Position numbers and translations under genes: made by a program. Source: Planctomycetota bacterium (lineage in GTDB: Bacteria > Planctomycetota > PLA2 > JAEUHO01). Taken from it: DNA of 64,000 nt. Of the stretch, positions 38,510 through 47,021 are shown piece by piece (position 1 is the first letter of the stretch; every line of letters begins with the position of its first letter). Where the stretch lies: positions 78,846 to 142,845 of the forward strand of contig JAJDEN010000020.1 of the NCBI GenBank assembly GCA_029259775.1. Direction: 5' to 3'. Below the pieces are notes generated by a model that was given only the letters and a program-made list of their open reading frames with translations, was not told where the DNA came from and searched no databases.

Positions 38510-39543
38510 TTGTCCTTGCGGTCGTCGGCGCGTTTCTTCTCGTCGTCGTCATGGTCGTCATGGTCGTGATCGTGGCCGTCGTCGTGCGCATGGCCGTGAC
38601 CACCGTCTTTGGCCTTGCCCTTGCGCGAGCCGCCCCCGGTGCCCTTGCCCGTGCCCTGGCCGGAGCCACCGCCCGTGCCCTTGCCGGTGTGGCTGCCGTC
38701 CTTGGACTTCGCGGGCCCATGCTGGTGCCCCGAGTGGTCGTGGTGGTCATGCGCACCGTGGCCGTGCCCGTCGTGGTCGTGGTCGTGGCCGGAGAGCTCG
38801 TGAACCGCGACCATCAGCCCGAGCCCGACCAGCAGCGCCAGGACCGTCGAGATCAGCTCCGTGCCGCGCGCACGCTTGCGCATCTCGGGGACGAGATCGG
38901 CGCACGCGATGTAGAGGAAGCCGCCCGCCGCGACCGGCACGAGGAACTGGGCAAGCCCATGGTCGCCCGCCGTAGCGAGTACGAATACGGCGCCGAGCAC
39001 GGCGGCCAGGCCGCTCAGGAGATTGAGCAGGATGGCCTTCTTGGCGCTGAAGCCGGCATGCAGCAACACACCGAAGTCACCGAACTCCTGCGGAATCTCG
39101 TGCAGCGCGACCGCGATGGTGGTCGCCAAGCCGGCTTCCGGGCTCACGAGCCACGCACCGGCGATGAGCATGCCGTCGATGAGGTTGTGGAGGCCGTCGC
39201 CGATCAGATTCATCCAGCCGAAGCTGTGGATGCCGTGCGGACCATGGTCGTGCACGTCCTCACCATGGTGGTGCCAGTGCAGCACACCCTCGATGAGGAA
39301 GAAGCCGAGCAGCCCCGCAAGGACGCCGTAGGCGATCGTCGCGGTGAAGCCGCCCTGCTCCGCGACCGCGTGCGGCAGGAGATGCAGGAAGGTGTCGCCG
39401 AGCAGGGCTCCCGCGGCGAGCGCAATGAGCAGCGGCAGCAGGGACTTCACCCAACCGCGACCAAGCAGCACGAGGGCGCCGAGGACGGACAGCAGGCTGA
39501 TGGCCGTGACGGCCGTGAGGACGGGGATGGTTTCGGAGGGCAT
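38506..39543 (-). CDS. ZIP family metal transporter (ZupT-like) with a His/Gly-rich C-terminal extension
   Basis: HNLIDGMLIAGAW, ALHEIPQEFGDFGVL. Tail SGHDHDHDGHGHGAHDHHDHSGHQHG...GHGHAHDDGHDHDHDDHDDDEKK. Confidence 0.8.
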   Translation of the reverse strand: MPSETIPVLTAVTAISLLSVLGALVLLGRGWVKSLLPLLIALAAGALLGDTFLHLLPHAVAEQGGFTATIAYGVLAGLLGFFLIEGVLHWHHHGEDVHDHGPHGIHSFGWMNLIGDGLHNLIDGMLIAGAWLVSPEAGLATTIAVALHEIPQEFGDFGVLLHAGFSAKKAILLNLLSGLAAVLGAVFVLATAGDHGLAQFLVPVAAGGFLYIACADLVPEMRKRARGTELISTVLALLVGLGLMVAVHELSGHDHDHDGHGHGAHDHHDHSGHQHGPAKSKDGSHTGKGTGGGSGQGTGKGTGGGSRKGKAKDGGHGHAHDDGHDHDHDDHDDDEKKRADDRKDK

Positions 39544-39559
39544 CGGCTCTCTTCGTGGT

Positions 39560-42500
39560 CTAGAGGTTGCGGCGGTACTTGCCGCCGACCTCGTAGAGCG
39601 CATTCGTGATCTGCCCCAGCGATGCGTGGCGCACGGTTGACATCAGTTCCTCGAAGACGTTGCCGCCCGCGCGAGCGACTTCCTTCAGGCGTACGAGCGC
39701 GGCCGCGGTATCGCCGGCGTGTTCGGCCTGGAACGACGCGAGGTGATCGAGCTGGGTCTGCTTCTCCTCCGTCGTCGCCCGGGTGAGCTCGGCGACGGCG
39801 GGGGTCATGTCCTCGGCGTCGTCCGGCAGGAAGGTGTTGACGCCGATGATGGGCAGCGAGCCGTCGTGCTTGCGCTGCTCGTAGTAGAGGCTCTGGCTCT
39901 GGATCTCGCCGCGCTGGTATTGCGTCTCCATCGCGCCGAGCACACCGCCACGGTCGTTGATGCTCAGGAACTCGTCCAGCACGGCACCCTCGACGAGATC
40001 GGTCAGATGATCGACGAAGTAGCTGCCCTGGAGCGGGTTCTCGCTCTTGAGCCAGCCGAGCTCGCTCGTGTTGATGAGCTGGACGGCCATCGCGCGGCGC
40101 ACGCTCTCCTCGGTCGGGGTCGTGATGGCCTCGTCGTAGGCGTTCGTGTGCAGCGAGTTGCAGTTGTCCTGCAACGCGAGCAGCGCCTGCAGGGTCGTGC
40201 GGATGTCGTTGAACTGGATCTCCTGCGCGTGCAGGGAACGTCCGCTCGTCTGGATGTGGTACTTCAGCTTCTGGCTGCGCCGGTTGCCGCCGTAGCGCTC
40301 GCGCATCGCCACCGACCAGATCCGCCGGGCGACGCGACCGATGACCGTGTACTCGGGATCGAGTCCGTTGCTGAAGAAGAAGGACAGGTTCGGCGCGAAC
40401 TCGTCGATGTGCATCCCGCGCGCGAGGTAGTACTCGACGAGGGTGAAGCCATTGGCGAGGGTGAAGGCCAGCTGGCTGATCGGATTCGCCCCGGCTTCGG
40501 CGATGTGGTACCCGCTGATCGACACGCTGTAGTAGTTGCGCACCTTCTTGCGGATGAAGTACGCCTGGATGTCGCCCATCATCTTCAGCGCGAAGTCCGT
40601 GCTGAAGATGCAGGTGTTCTGGGCCTGGTCCTCCTTGAGGATGTCGGCCTGCACGGTCCCGCGCACCATCATGAGCGTGCGGTCGCGAATGCTCGTCCAC
40701 TCGTCGGGGGTCGGAGCGCGCCCCTGCTCCTTCTCGAAGGCCGCCGTCTGCTGGTCGGTGGCGGCATTGAGGTACATCGCGAGAATGATCGGCGCCGGGC
40801 CGTTGATCGTCATCGACACCGAGGTGTTGCGATCGCACAGATCGAAGCCGCTGTAGAGGATGCGCATGTCGGCGAGCGTGCAGACCGACACGCCGCTCTC
40901 CCCCACCTTGCCGTAGATGTCCGGCCTCAGGTGCGGGTCCTCGCCGTACAGCGTGACCGAGTCGAACGCCGTAGAGAGCCGTGTTGCCCGCGCGCCGCTC
41001 GAGAGGTAGTGGAAGCGCTTGTTCGTCCGCGCGGGCGTGCCCTCGCCGGCGAACTGGCGCTTCGGATCCTCGTCGACGCGCTTGAAGGGGAAGACGCCGG
41101 CCGTGTAGGGGAACTCGCCGGGCACGTTCTCGAGCAGCAGGAAGCGCAACGCGGCGCCGGGCTCGTCGATGGCCGGCAGGGTCACCTTGGGAATGCGAAG
41201 TCCCGAGAGGGACTCGGTGGTCGCGCGCGCGGTCAGCGGGTGGCCGCGGACCTCGTAGACGATCTCGTCGCCCGCGTACTTCGTTCGCATGGCGGGCCAG
41301 GCGGCGAGCAACTCGGCCGCGCGCGGGTCCAGGCGCTTGCGGGCACGCTCGAGGGCTGCTTCCAGGCCCGGGCGTGCCGTCTCGTCCTCGATCAAGGCGA
41401 GCGCGCCCTCGAGGTGAGCGACGTCGCGGGCGAGCTGCCCCTGTTGGTCGGCCCAGGCGCGGTAGTCGCGCACCGAACGCACGATCTCGGCCAGGTAGCT
41501 GGTGCGGTCCGCCGGGATGATCGCGCCGTGCGTCTCGCCGTTGCGCTCCGCGGCGGACGGCGGCAGACGGAACGGGGGCGCCTTGCCTCCGAGGGCGCCG
41601 GCGCGCAGGGCCAGCGCGCGGAAGAGATCGTCGACGCCGCGGTCGCAGAAGCGGCTTGCCACCGTGCCGAAGACGCCGAGGTCTTCCTCGGGCGCCTCGA
41701 AGGCCTTGCGGTTGCGCCGGACCTGCTTGCGCACGTCGCGCAGTGCGTCCGCGCCGCCGCGTCGGTCGCTCTTGTTGACGGCCACGAGGTCCGCGTAGTC
41801 GAGCATGCCGATCTTCTCGAGCTGCGAGGCGGCGCCGTACTCCGGCGTCATCACGTAGAGCGAGAGGTCGGAGAGTTGGCTGACCTCGGTGTCCCCCTGC
41901 CCGATACCGCTGGTCTCGACGATCACCCAGTCGAAGCCGGCGAGACGGCAGAAGCGCACCGCGTCTTCGGTGGCCTCGGACAGCTCGCCGCGCGCGCCGC
42001 GCGTAGCGAAGCTGCGCATGTAGGCGCGCGGATGCGGCAGCGAGTTCATGCGGATGCGGTCGCCGAGCAGCGCGCCGCCGGTCTTGCGGCGGGACGGATC
42101 GACGCTGATCACCGCGACGGTCGCGTCGTCGCTCAGCTCGAGGAACCGCAGGACGAGCTCATCGACGAGCGAGGACTTGCCCGCGCCCCCTGTGCCGGTG
42201 ACCCCGATCACGGGCGCGCGCTCGTTCTGGGGGATCTGATCCACGGCCAGGCGCAGGGCGCCGCCCAGCGGCGTGTCGCCGAAGCCCTCCTTCTCCGCGG
42301 CCGTCAGGCACTGGGCCAGCAAGCGCTGGTCGCTCGCGCTGACGTCGGGCAGCGTCGGCGAAGCCGTGTCGATCACGCTCGGCAGCGGGACCGCGGCCTC
42401 CTCGAGCATGATGTCGATCATGCCCTGCAGGCCCATCTTGCGACCGTCCTCGGGCGTGAAGATCCGCGTGACGCCCGCGGCGTGCAGCGCCGCGACCTCC

Positions 42501-42823
42501 TCGGGCACGATGACGCCCCCGCCGCCGCCGAACAGCTTGATGTGCTCGGCGCCGCCCTCTCTCAGGAGCTCGAGGGCATAGCGGAAGTACTCGTTGTGGC
42601 CGCCCTGGTAGGACGAGATGGCAATGCCCTGGGCATCCTCGGCGATCGCGGCGCGGACGACCTCGTTGACCGAGCGGTTGTGGCCCAGGTGGATCACCTC
42701 GGCGCCGGAGTCCTGCAGGATGCGGCGCATGATGTTGATGGCGGCGTCGTGGCCGTCGAACAACGAGGCGGCAGTCACGAACCGCACAGGCTGGGCGCAG
42801 ACGGGGGTGACGGTGTCGCTCAT
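39560..42823 (-). CDS. icmF: Fused isobutyryl-CoA mutase (B12-binding domain + MeaB-like GTPase + mutase domain)
   Basis: 1087 aa. N-terminal B12-binding (DGHDAAINIM). P-loop GVTGTGGAGKSS. C-terminal methylmalonyl-CoA-mutase-like domain. Confidence 0.85.
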   Translation of the reverse strand: MSDTVTPVCAQPVRFVTAASLFDGHDAAINIMRRILQDSGAEVIHLGHNRSVNEVVRAAIAEDAQGIAISSYQGGHNEYFRYALELLREGGAEHIKLFGGGGGVIVPEEVAALHAAGVTRIFTPEDGRKMGLQGMIDIMLEEAAVPLPSVIDTASPTLPDVSASDQRLLAQCLTAAEKEGFGDTPLGGALRLAVDQIPQNERAPVIGVTGTGGAGKSSLVDELVLRFLELSDDATVAVISVDPSRRKTGGALLGDRIRMNSLPHPRAYMRSFATRGARGELSEATEDAVRFCRLAGFDWVIVETSGIGQGDTEVSQLSDLSLYVMTPEYGAASQLEKIGMLDYADLVAVNKSDRRGGADALRDVRKQVRRNRKAFEAPEEDLGVFGTVASRFCDRGVDDLFRALALRAGALGGKAPPFRLPPSAAERNGETHGAIIPADRTSYLAEIVRSVRDYRAWADQQGQLARDVAHLEGALALIEDETARPGLEAALERARKRLDPRAAELLAAWPAMRTKYAGDEIVYEVRGHPLTARATTESLSGLRIPKVTLPAIDEPGAALRFLLLENVPGEFPYTAGVFPFKRVDEDPKRQFAGEGTPARTNKRFHYLSSGARATRLSTAFDSVTLYGEDPHLRPDIYGKVGESGVSVCTLADMRILYSGFDLCDRNTSVSMTINGPAPIILAMYLNAATDQQTAAFEKEQGRAPTPDEWTSIRDRTLMMVRGTVQADILKEDQAQNTCIFSTDFALKMMGDIQAYFIRKKVRNYYSVSISGYHIAEAGANPISQLAFTLANGFTLVEYYLARGMHIDEFAPNLSFFFSNGLDPEYTVIGRVARRIWSVAMRERYGGNRRSQKLKYHIQTSGRSLHAQEIQFNDIRTTLQALLALQDNCNSLHTNAYDEAITTPTEESVRRAMAVQLINTSELGWLKSENPLQGSYFVDHLTDLVEGAVLDEFLSINDRGGVLGAMETQYQRGEIQSQSLYYEQRKHDGSLPIIGVNTFLPDDAEDMTPAVAELTRATTEEKQTQLDHLASFQAEHAGDTAAALVRLKEVARAGGNVFEELMSTVRHASLGQITNALYEVGGKYRRNL

Positions 42824-42903
42824 GGGGGCCGCACAACGTACCGGCCCGACGCCATGGGCTCAATCCAGGGCGGGGGGGGCGTACGGGCGCGCAAGGCCTG
42901 ATT

Positions 42904-43407
42904 TCAGGCCTCAGGCGGGGCGTGGCTCTCGTCGGTGACGGGTCCGACGACCACGGCGACCAGATGCGGCAGGGCCCTGGCGACGAAGCGAAAGCACGCG
43001 ACGGCGCCCTGGGGGCGCCCTGGCAGGTTCACGACGACCGCGCGGCCCGCGATGACCCCCGCCGTCGCCCGGCTGCCAAGGGCGTGGATCGTGCTGTCGA
43101 CGCTCCGGCGGCGCATCTCCTCGCCGAGACCGGGGATCTCGAAATCAACGACTTCGAGGGTTGCCTCGGGCGTCACATCCCGAGGGCCGACACCCGTCCC
43201 GCCCGTCGTGAGGACGAGCGGCGCGAGGCCCGCGGATGCGAGGAGGGCGGCCGCGATGGCCGCCCGCTCATCCGCCACCGTGCGCACGTCGACCAGATCG
43301 AACCCGGCCTCGGTCAGCACCGGTCGCAGCAGGTCGGCCGTCTCGTCGGCGCGCTCGCCGGACGCGGCTCGATCGCTGATCACGAGGAGGCTCGTCTTCA
43401 CGCTCAT
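42904..43407 (-). CDS. moaB: Molybdenum cofactor biosynthesis protein (MoaB/MogA family)
   Basis: LLVISDRAASGERADETADLL...LVLTTGGTGVGPRDVTPEA. RBS GAGGGGG. ATGA overlap with the upstream gene. Confidence 0.75.
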   Translation of the reverse strand: MSVKTSLLVISDRAASGERADETADLLRPVLTEAGFDLVDVRTVADERAAIAAALLASAGLAPLVLTTGGTGVGPRDVTPEATLEVVDFEIPGLGEEMRRRSVDSTIHALGSRATAGVIAGRAVVVNLPGRPQGAVACFRFVARALPHLVAVVVGPVTDESHAPPEA

Positions 43408-44657
43408 ACCACCCCCTCGGGATGCACGCCCTCCTGGGCGAGGATGCCCAGCACCCATTCGTACTCGCGCGCCAGCGCCTCGACGAGGTCGAAGCCCGAG
43501 CCGGCCGCGCGCTCCGCGTCAGGCAGCACGTCCCACGTGTAGGTCTCGATCTCGATGTGATCGGTCAGGCCGTCGCGGGCGGTGGCACGCAGCGCCCGCT
43601 CCAGATCGGGCTGCGTCGTGCGCAGGGGCCCCACGCCTTCGTGCCGGAACACCGGCACGTGGAAGTGGCTGCGCCACGGGCCGCGCGCCTGCCAGACCGG
43701 ATCGTCAAGCACCACGCCGAGGTCGTCAGCGACGTGCACGACGCCGTCCTCGTCCCGGGCGCTCACCTGATGCAGGTACACGGGCTCGTCGAACGCGGCG
43801 AGGGCCGCGCGCCCGTCCGCGTCGGTCGGATCGGGAAGCTCGAGCGCGCACGAAGCCTGCAGCTTCGCGACGGCGATGCCGTCGGCCGCGAGCGCCGCGA
43901 GGTTGGCCTCGACGTCTTCCCACTCGACGGCCTGGTGGCAGACGTCGTAGCAGACGCCGATGTGCGCCTTCAACTCGGGCGCGTCCGCCAACACGTCGGC
44001 GAGGGGCCCCGCGAAGAACGCGCGCAGCTCCGCGGTGGTCTCGAGCGTGCAGCCGGGCTCGGGCTCGATGCCCAGCGTGATGTGCTTGCCCGTGTTGCGT
44101 GCGGTCTGATGCAGCCCACGTAGTACGCCGAGGAGGTTGCGCGCGCAGGTGCGCTGCTCGTCGGCGCCGCCGCCCCAGCCCTTCCAGGAGAGCGGGGACG
44201 TGCTGAGCGAGAGGCGCTCGGCACCGGACGGCAGCAGCGCCAGCACGGTGGCGAAGGCCTGTGTGTAGGCCGCGCGCGGCAGCTCGGTCCACGCAGGCCT
44301 GTAGACCTCGTCCTTCAGCGGCTTGCCATGGAAGTCGCCGTGGACGAACGCGTTGCCGCTGAAGATGTGCAGATCGTGCGCTTCGAGGAGATCAGGCAGA
44401 CCGCCCAGGCCCCCGGGGTCGCGCAGCAGCTCGGCGATGCCCGCCCAGCTCCAGCGCACCGCGAGGCCGAAGGGGCCCTCGACGCCCAGCCGCTGGCGTA
44501 GCGGCAGCACGGTGTCGTGGATCGCGTCGCGCGTGGAGGCGGCGTCGCCGCCCGGGTGGACGTTCATCCCGTAGGCGAGCCAGAGGGTCCGGCCGTCGGA
44601 GGTGGTGAGGCGCACGGGCGGCAGCGTACCGCGAGCGCCCGCGTAGGATGCCTGCAT
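43404..44657 (-). CDS. Sugar phosphate isomerase/epimerase family (xylose-isomerase-like TIM barrel) protein; start uncertain
   Basis: TIM-barrel-like pattern (LWLAYGMNVHPGG, HITLGIEPEPG, IGVCYDVCHQAVEWED). The ATG at 44655-44657 overlaps the divergent ATG at 44656. Confidence 0.5.
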   Translation of the reverse strand: MQASYAGARGTLPPVRLTTSDGRTLWLAYGMNVHPGGDAASTRDAIHDTVLPLRQRLGVEGPFGLAVRWSWAGIAELLRDPGGLGGLPDLLEAHDLHIFSGNAFVHGDFHGKPLKDEVYRPAWTELPRAAYTQAFATVLALLPSGAERLSLSTSPLSWKGWGGGADEQRTCARNLLGVLRGLHQTARNTGKHITLGIEPEPGCTLETTAELRAFFAGPLADVLADAPELKAHIGVCYDVCHQAVEWEDVEANLAALAADGIAVAKLQASCALELPDPTDADGRAALAAFDEPVYLHQVSARDEDGVVHVADDLGVVLDDPVWQARGPWRSHFHVPVFRHEGVGPLRTTQPDLERALRATARDGLTDHIEIETYTWDVLPDAERAAGSGFDLVEALAREYEWVLGILAQEGVHPEGVV

Positions 44658-45627
44658 GCGCCGCCTCCTCCCGCTTCTGCTCTTGCTCCTCGCGGCCTGC
44701 GGCGACGAGCGCGCTGGAGGCCCCCCGCCGGACGAGCTGCCGGGCGATCCCGAGGAGGCGCTCGCCTGGGTGCGCGCAGCGGAGGATGACGACGCGGAGC
44801 TACGCCGACGCCTCGGCCTCTGGCGCTTCGACGGCGACTTCGAGTCCATGCCGGAGACGCAGCAAGCGGTGACGTGGCGCCTGCAGCTGGCGCTGCGTGC
44901 CGGCGACGTCGAGGCGGCCGCCGAGGACGTCGAGCTGCTGGAGGAACACTTCGACGGGCAAGGGGAACATCCAGAGGGACGCGAGTTCACGTCGGACGCG
45001 ATCCGCCTCGGTGTGTTCGAGGAGGCCTTGAACGAGGCGCGGCGGCGCAGCGAGGGCCCGAAGCCGGACGCGAGGGCCGCGCGCAGCGCCCTGGACGTCG
45101 CACGGGCACAGCTGCACGACGGCGACGTCGAAGACCTCGCCCGGCTGGCGGGCATCTCCGCGTGGGTCCGGAGCGGCCGGGGCGTCAAGCTCCTCACGCG
45201 GCTCGGCTCCGACGCCCCCATCAGCCCCAAGGTGGACGCCACCCTCGTCCTGATCGTGGACGACTTCAGCTTGGGCGAAGGCATGTTGACGGAGGTCTTG
45301 AAGCAGTGGACGCGTGACCACGCCGAGCGCCGCTTCGACCGCGTGCTGGTGCCGCTGCTGCGGGGTCAAGTGCGCATGGGCCTGCGCTTGGTCCCGGTGG
45401 AGGACGAGGCAGAGGAGCTGGCCTCGTTCGCGACGCGTGCGAAGGACATCGGCCTCGCGCAGGAGACGCCGATCCCGGCGACGGCCCTACGCAAGCTCGG
45501 CCTCGACGTCGGGGACGCGGCCATCCTCCTGCTGGACCGCCAGGGCCGCATCGCGGCGCGCCTCTCGGGTCGCGGGCTCGACCTGCGCACGCTCGAGCCC
45601 GTACTCCAGAAGCTCCTCACGCGCTGA
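44656..45627 (+). CDS. Hypothetical lipoprotein
   Basis: Signal plus lipobox MRRLLPLLLLLLAACGDE. Acidic helical protein. Confidence 0.55.
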   Translation: MRRLLPLLLLLLAACGDERAGGPPPDELPGDPEEALAWVRAAEDDDAELRRRLGLWRFDGDFESMPETQQAVTWRLQLALRAGDVEAAAEDVELLEEHFDGQGEHPEGREFTSDAIRLGVFEEALNEARRRSEGPKPDARAARSALDVARAQLHDGDVEDLARLAGISAWVRSGRGVKLLTRLGSDAPISPKVDATLVLIVDDFSLGEGMLTEVLKQWTRDHAERRFDRVLVPLLRGQVRMGLRLVPVEDEAEELASFATRAKDIGLAQETPIPATALRKLGLDVGDAAILLLDRQGRIAARLSGRGLDLRTLEPVLQKLLTR

Positions 45628-45669
45628 ACGCGGGGGACGCAGGGCCTTGCCCCGGCACCTGGGTCACGT

Positions 45670-45750
45670 GGGCGGCCACAAGGGCCGCCCCTACCCGTAA
45701 GGGCGCACGACAGAGGCAGCGTCCCGGGCGGCCACAAGGGCCGCCCCTAC
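45670..45750. repeat. Palindromic double-hairpin intergenic element, copy 1: two GGGCGGCC-ACAAG-GGCCGCCC hairpins flanking a ~35-nt CCGTAAGGGCGCACGACAGAGGCAGCGTCCC spacer
   Basis: Read from the sequence. A near-identical copy lies at 51241..51321 with arm changes that preserve pairing. Confidence 0.7.
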
Positions 45751-45814
45751 ATCGGGCCTTGTCCCGTCCTGGCGCCACATGTGGTTCAATTCCGAACCTG
45801 GCAGCCGCTGGCGA

Positions 45815-46957
45815 CTAGAGCTTGAAGGTGAGGCCGGCGAAGCCACCAAAGTCGATCGTGGCCTGCTGGTCCTCGAGGTTCTCGGTGAACCCGATCTCGA
45901 ACTCGATACGCTCGCTGATGTCGGCCTTCATCGCCACGTTGATGTAGGCGCTGATGCCCGGGTAGGCGGCGAGATTCTTGACCAGGCGGCTCGCCGCGTT
46001 GACCTCGATGATGAAGCTGTGGCTCTGGTTCCACGCGAACTCGAGCGCCACGAAGCCCTGGCCACGCACCGACTCGTACTCGATGCCATCGAGGGAGGTG
46101 TCGCTGAACCATGTGCCGCCGAGGCCCGCGTACAGGTCCCAGCGATGCCCGAGCTGCTTCGCCACCACGAACTGCAAGCCGACGTCGACACCGCCGCTGT
46201 CGTACGGATCCGTGCCGGTCGGCAGCGCGAGACGGGTGATCACCGAGCCGCGCCAGTCCGAGCGGCAGCAGGGCTGGATCACGTTCCAGTGCGCCTCGAG
46301 CTCGATGTTGCCGAGGCCGACGCCGCGCTTGTCGTCCCACGAGATCGCGTTGAACGCGTCGTCCCGCCCGTTGACGAAGTAGGAGTCGTTGGTGAAGAAC
46401 GGGCGGCCGTTGTCGAGGAACCCGAGCGGTTCGGTCAGCTCGTGGAACCAGTCGATGGGACCGTCCATGAAGCCGGCACCGCGCCACTGGAGCGGCACGC
46501 GGATCCCGACGCTCAGGCGCGGGTAGAGGCCGTAGCGGAGGTTGAGCTCGGTCGTCTGATGCTCGCCGTCGACGATGAAGCGACGGTCGGCGGGCGTGGG
46601 ACCGATGTTGCTCTGGTTCCAGCCGAAGTCGTTGCCCCGGTCGACGTGGAACTTCACGATCCACGAGCGGTAGGGCAGGGGATCCGGCGCACTCGCCGGC
46701 AGGGTCAGCTTGGGCTGCGCGAGGATCCACTCGTCCCGGATCTCGCTCGGACCCTTCGGCGCCCACGCGTCGCGCAGGATCTCGTAGCGCCCAGGCCGGG
46801 GCTGGCGCGTCAGACGCGGCTGCCGGACGGTGACCTGGTCGGCCCGCGCCCCGGCGGGCACGGCGATGCTCGTCGGACGCAGGTCCTGCGCGACGGCCTC
46901 GGCGGTGGTGAGTGCGCCATGCAGAATGCAGGCAACGATGGCGAACGCAGTACGCAT
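45815..46957 (-). CDS. Putative outer-membrane beta-barrel protein
   Basis: Signal peptide MRTAFAIVACILHGALTTAEAVA. Alternating amphipathic beta-strand pattern. Aromatic-rich C-terminus (FAGLTFKL). Confidence 0.55.
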   Translation of the reverse strand: MRTAFAIVACILHGALTTAEAVAQDLRPTSIAVPAGARADQVTVRQPRLTRQPRPGRYEILRDAWAPKGPSEIRDEWILAQPKLTLPASAPDPLPYRSWIVKFHVDRGNDFGWNQSNIGPTPADRRFIVDGEHQTTELNLRYGLYPRLSVGIRVPLQWRGAGFMDGPIDWFHELTEPLGFLDNGRPFFTNDSYFVNGRDDAFNAISWDDKRGVGLGNIELEAHWNVIQPCCRSDWRGSVITRLALPTGTDPYDSGGVDVGLQFVVAKQLGHRWDLYAGLGGTWFSDTSLDGIEYESVRGQGFVALEFAWNQSHSFIIEVNAASRLVKNLAAYPGISAYINVAMKADISERIEFEIGFTENLEDQQATIDFGGFAGLTFKL

Positions 46958-47021
46958 GGCTGGGTGGATCCCTCCGGGGCGGACTCTAGCAAGGAATTGC
47001 CCGGAACTGGCGCCAGGCCCG

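Noticed and set aside
36092-38569. 825-aa + strand ORF
   Set aside because: Antisense to the well-supported pepN CDS. Arg/Ala/Gly-rich composition typical of wrong-strand ORFs in high-GC DNA.
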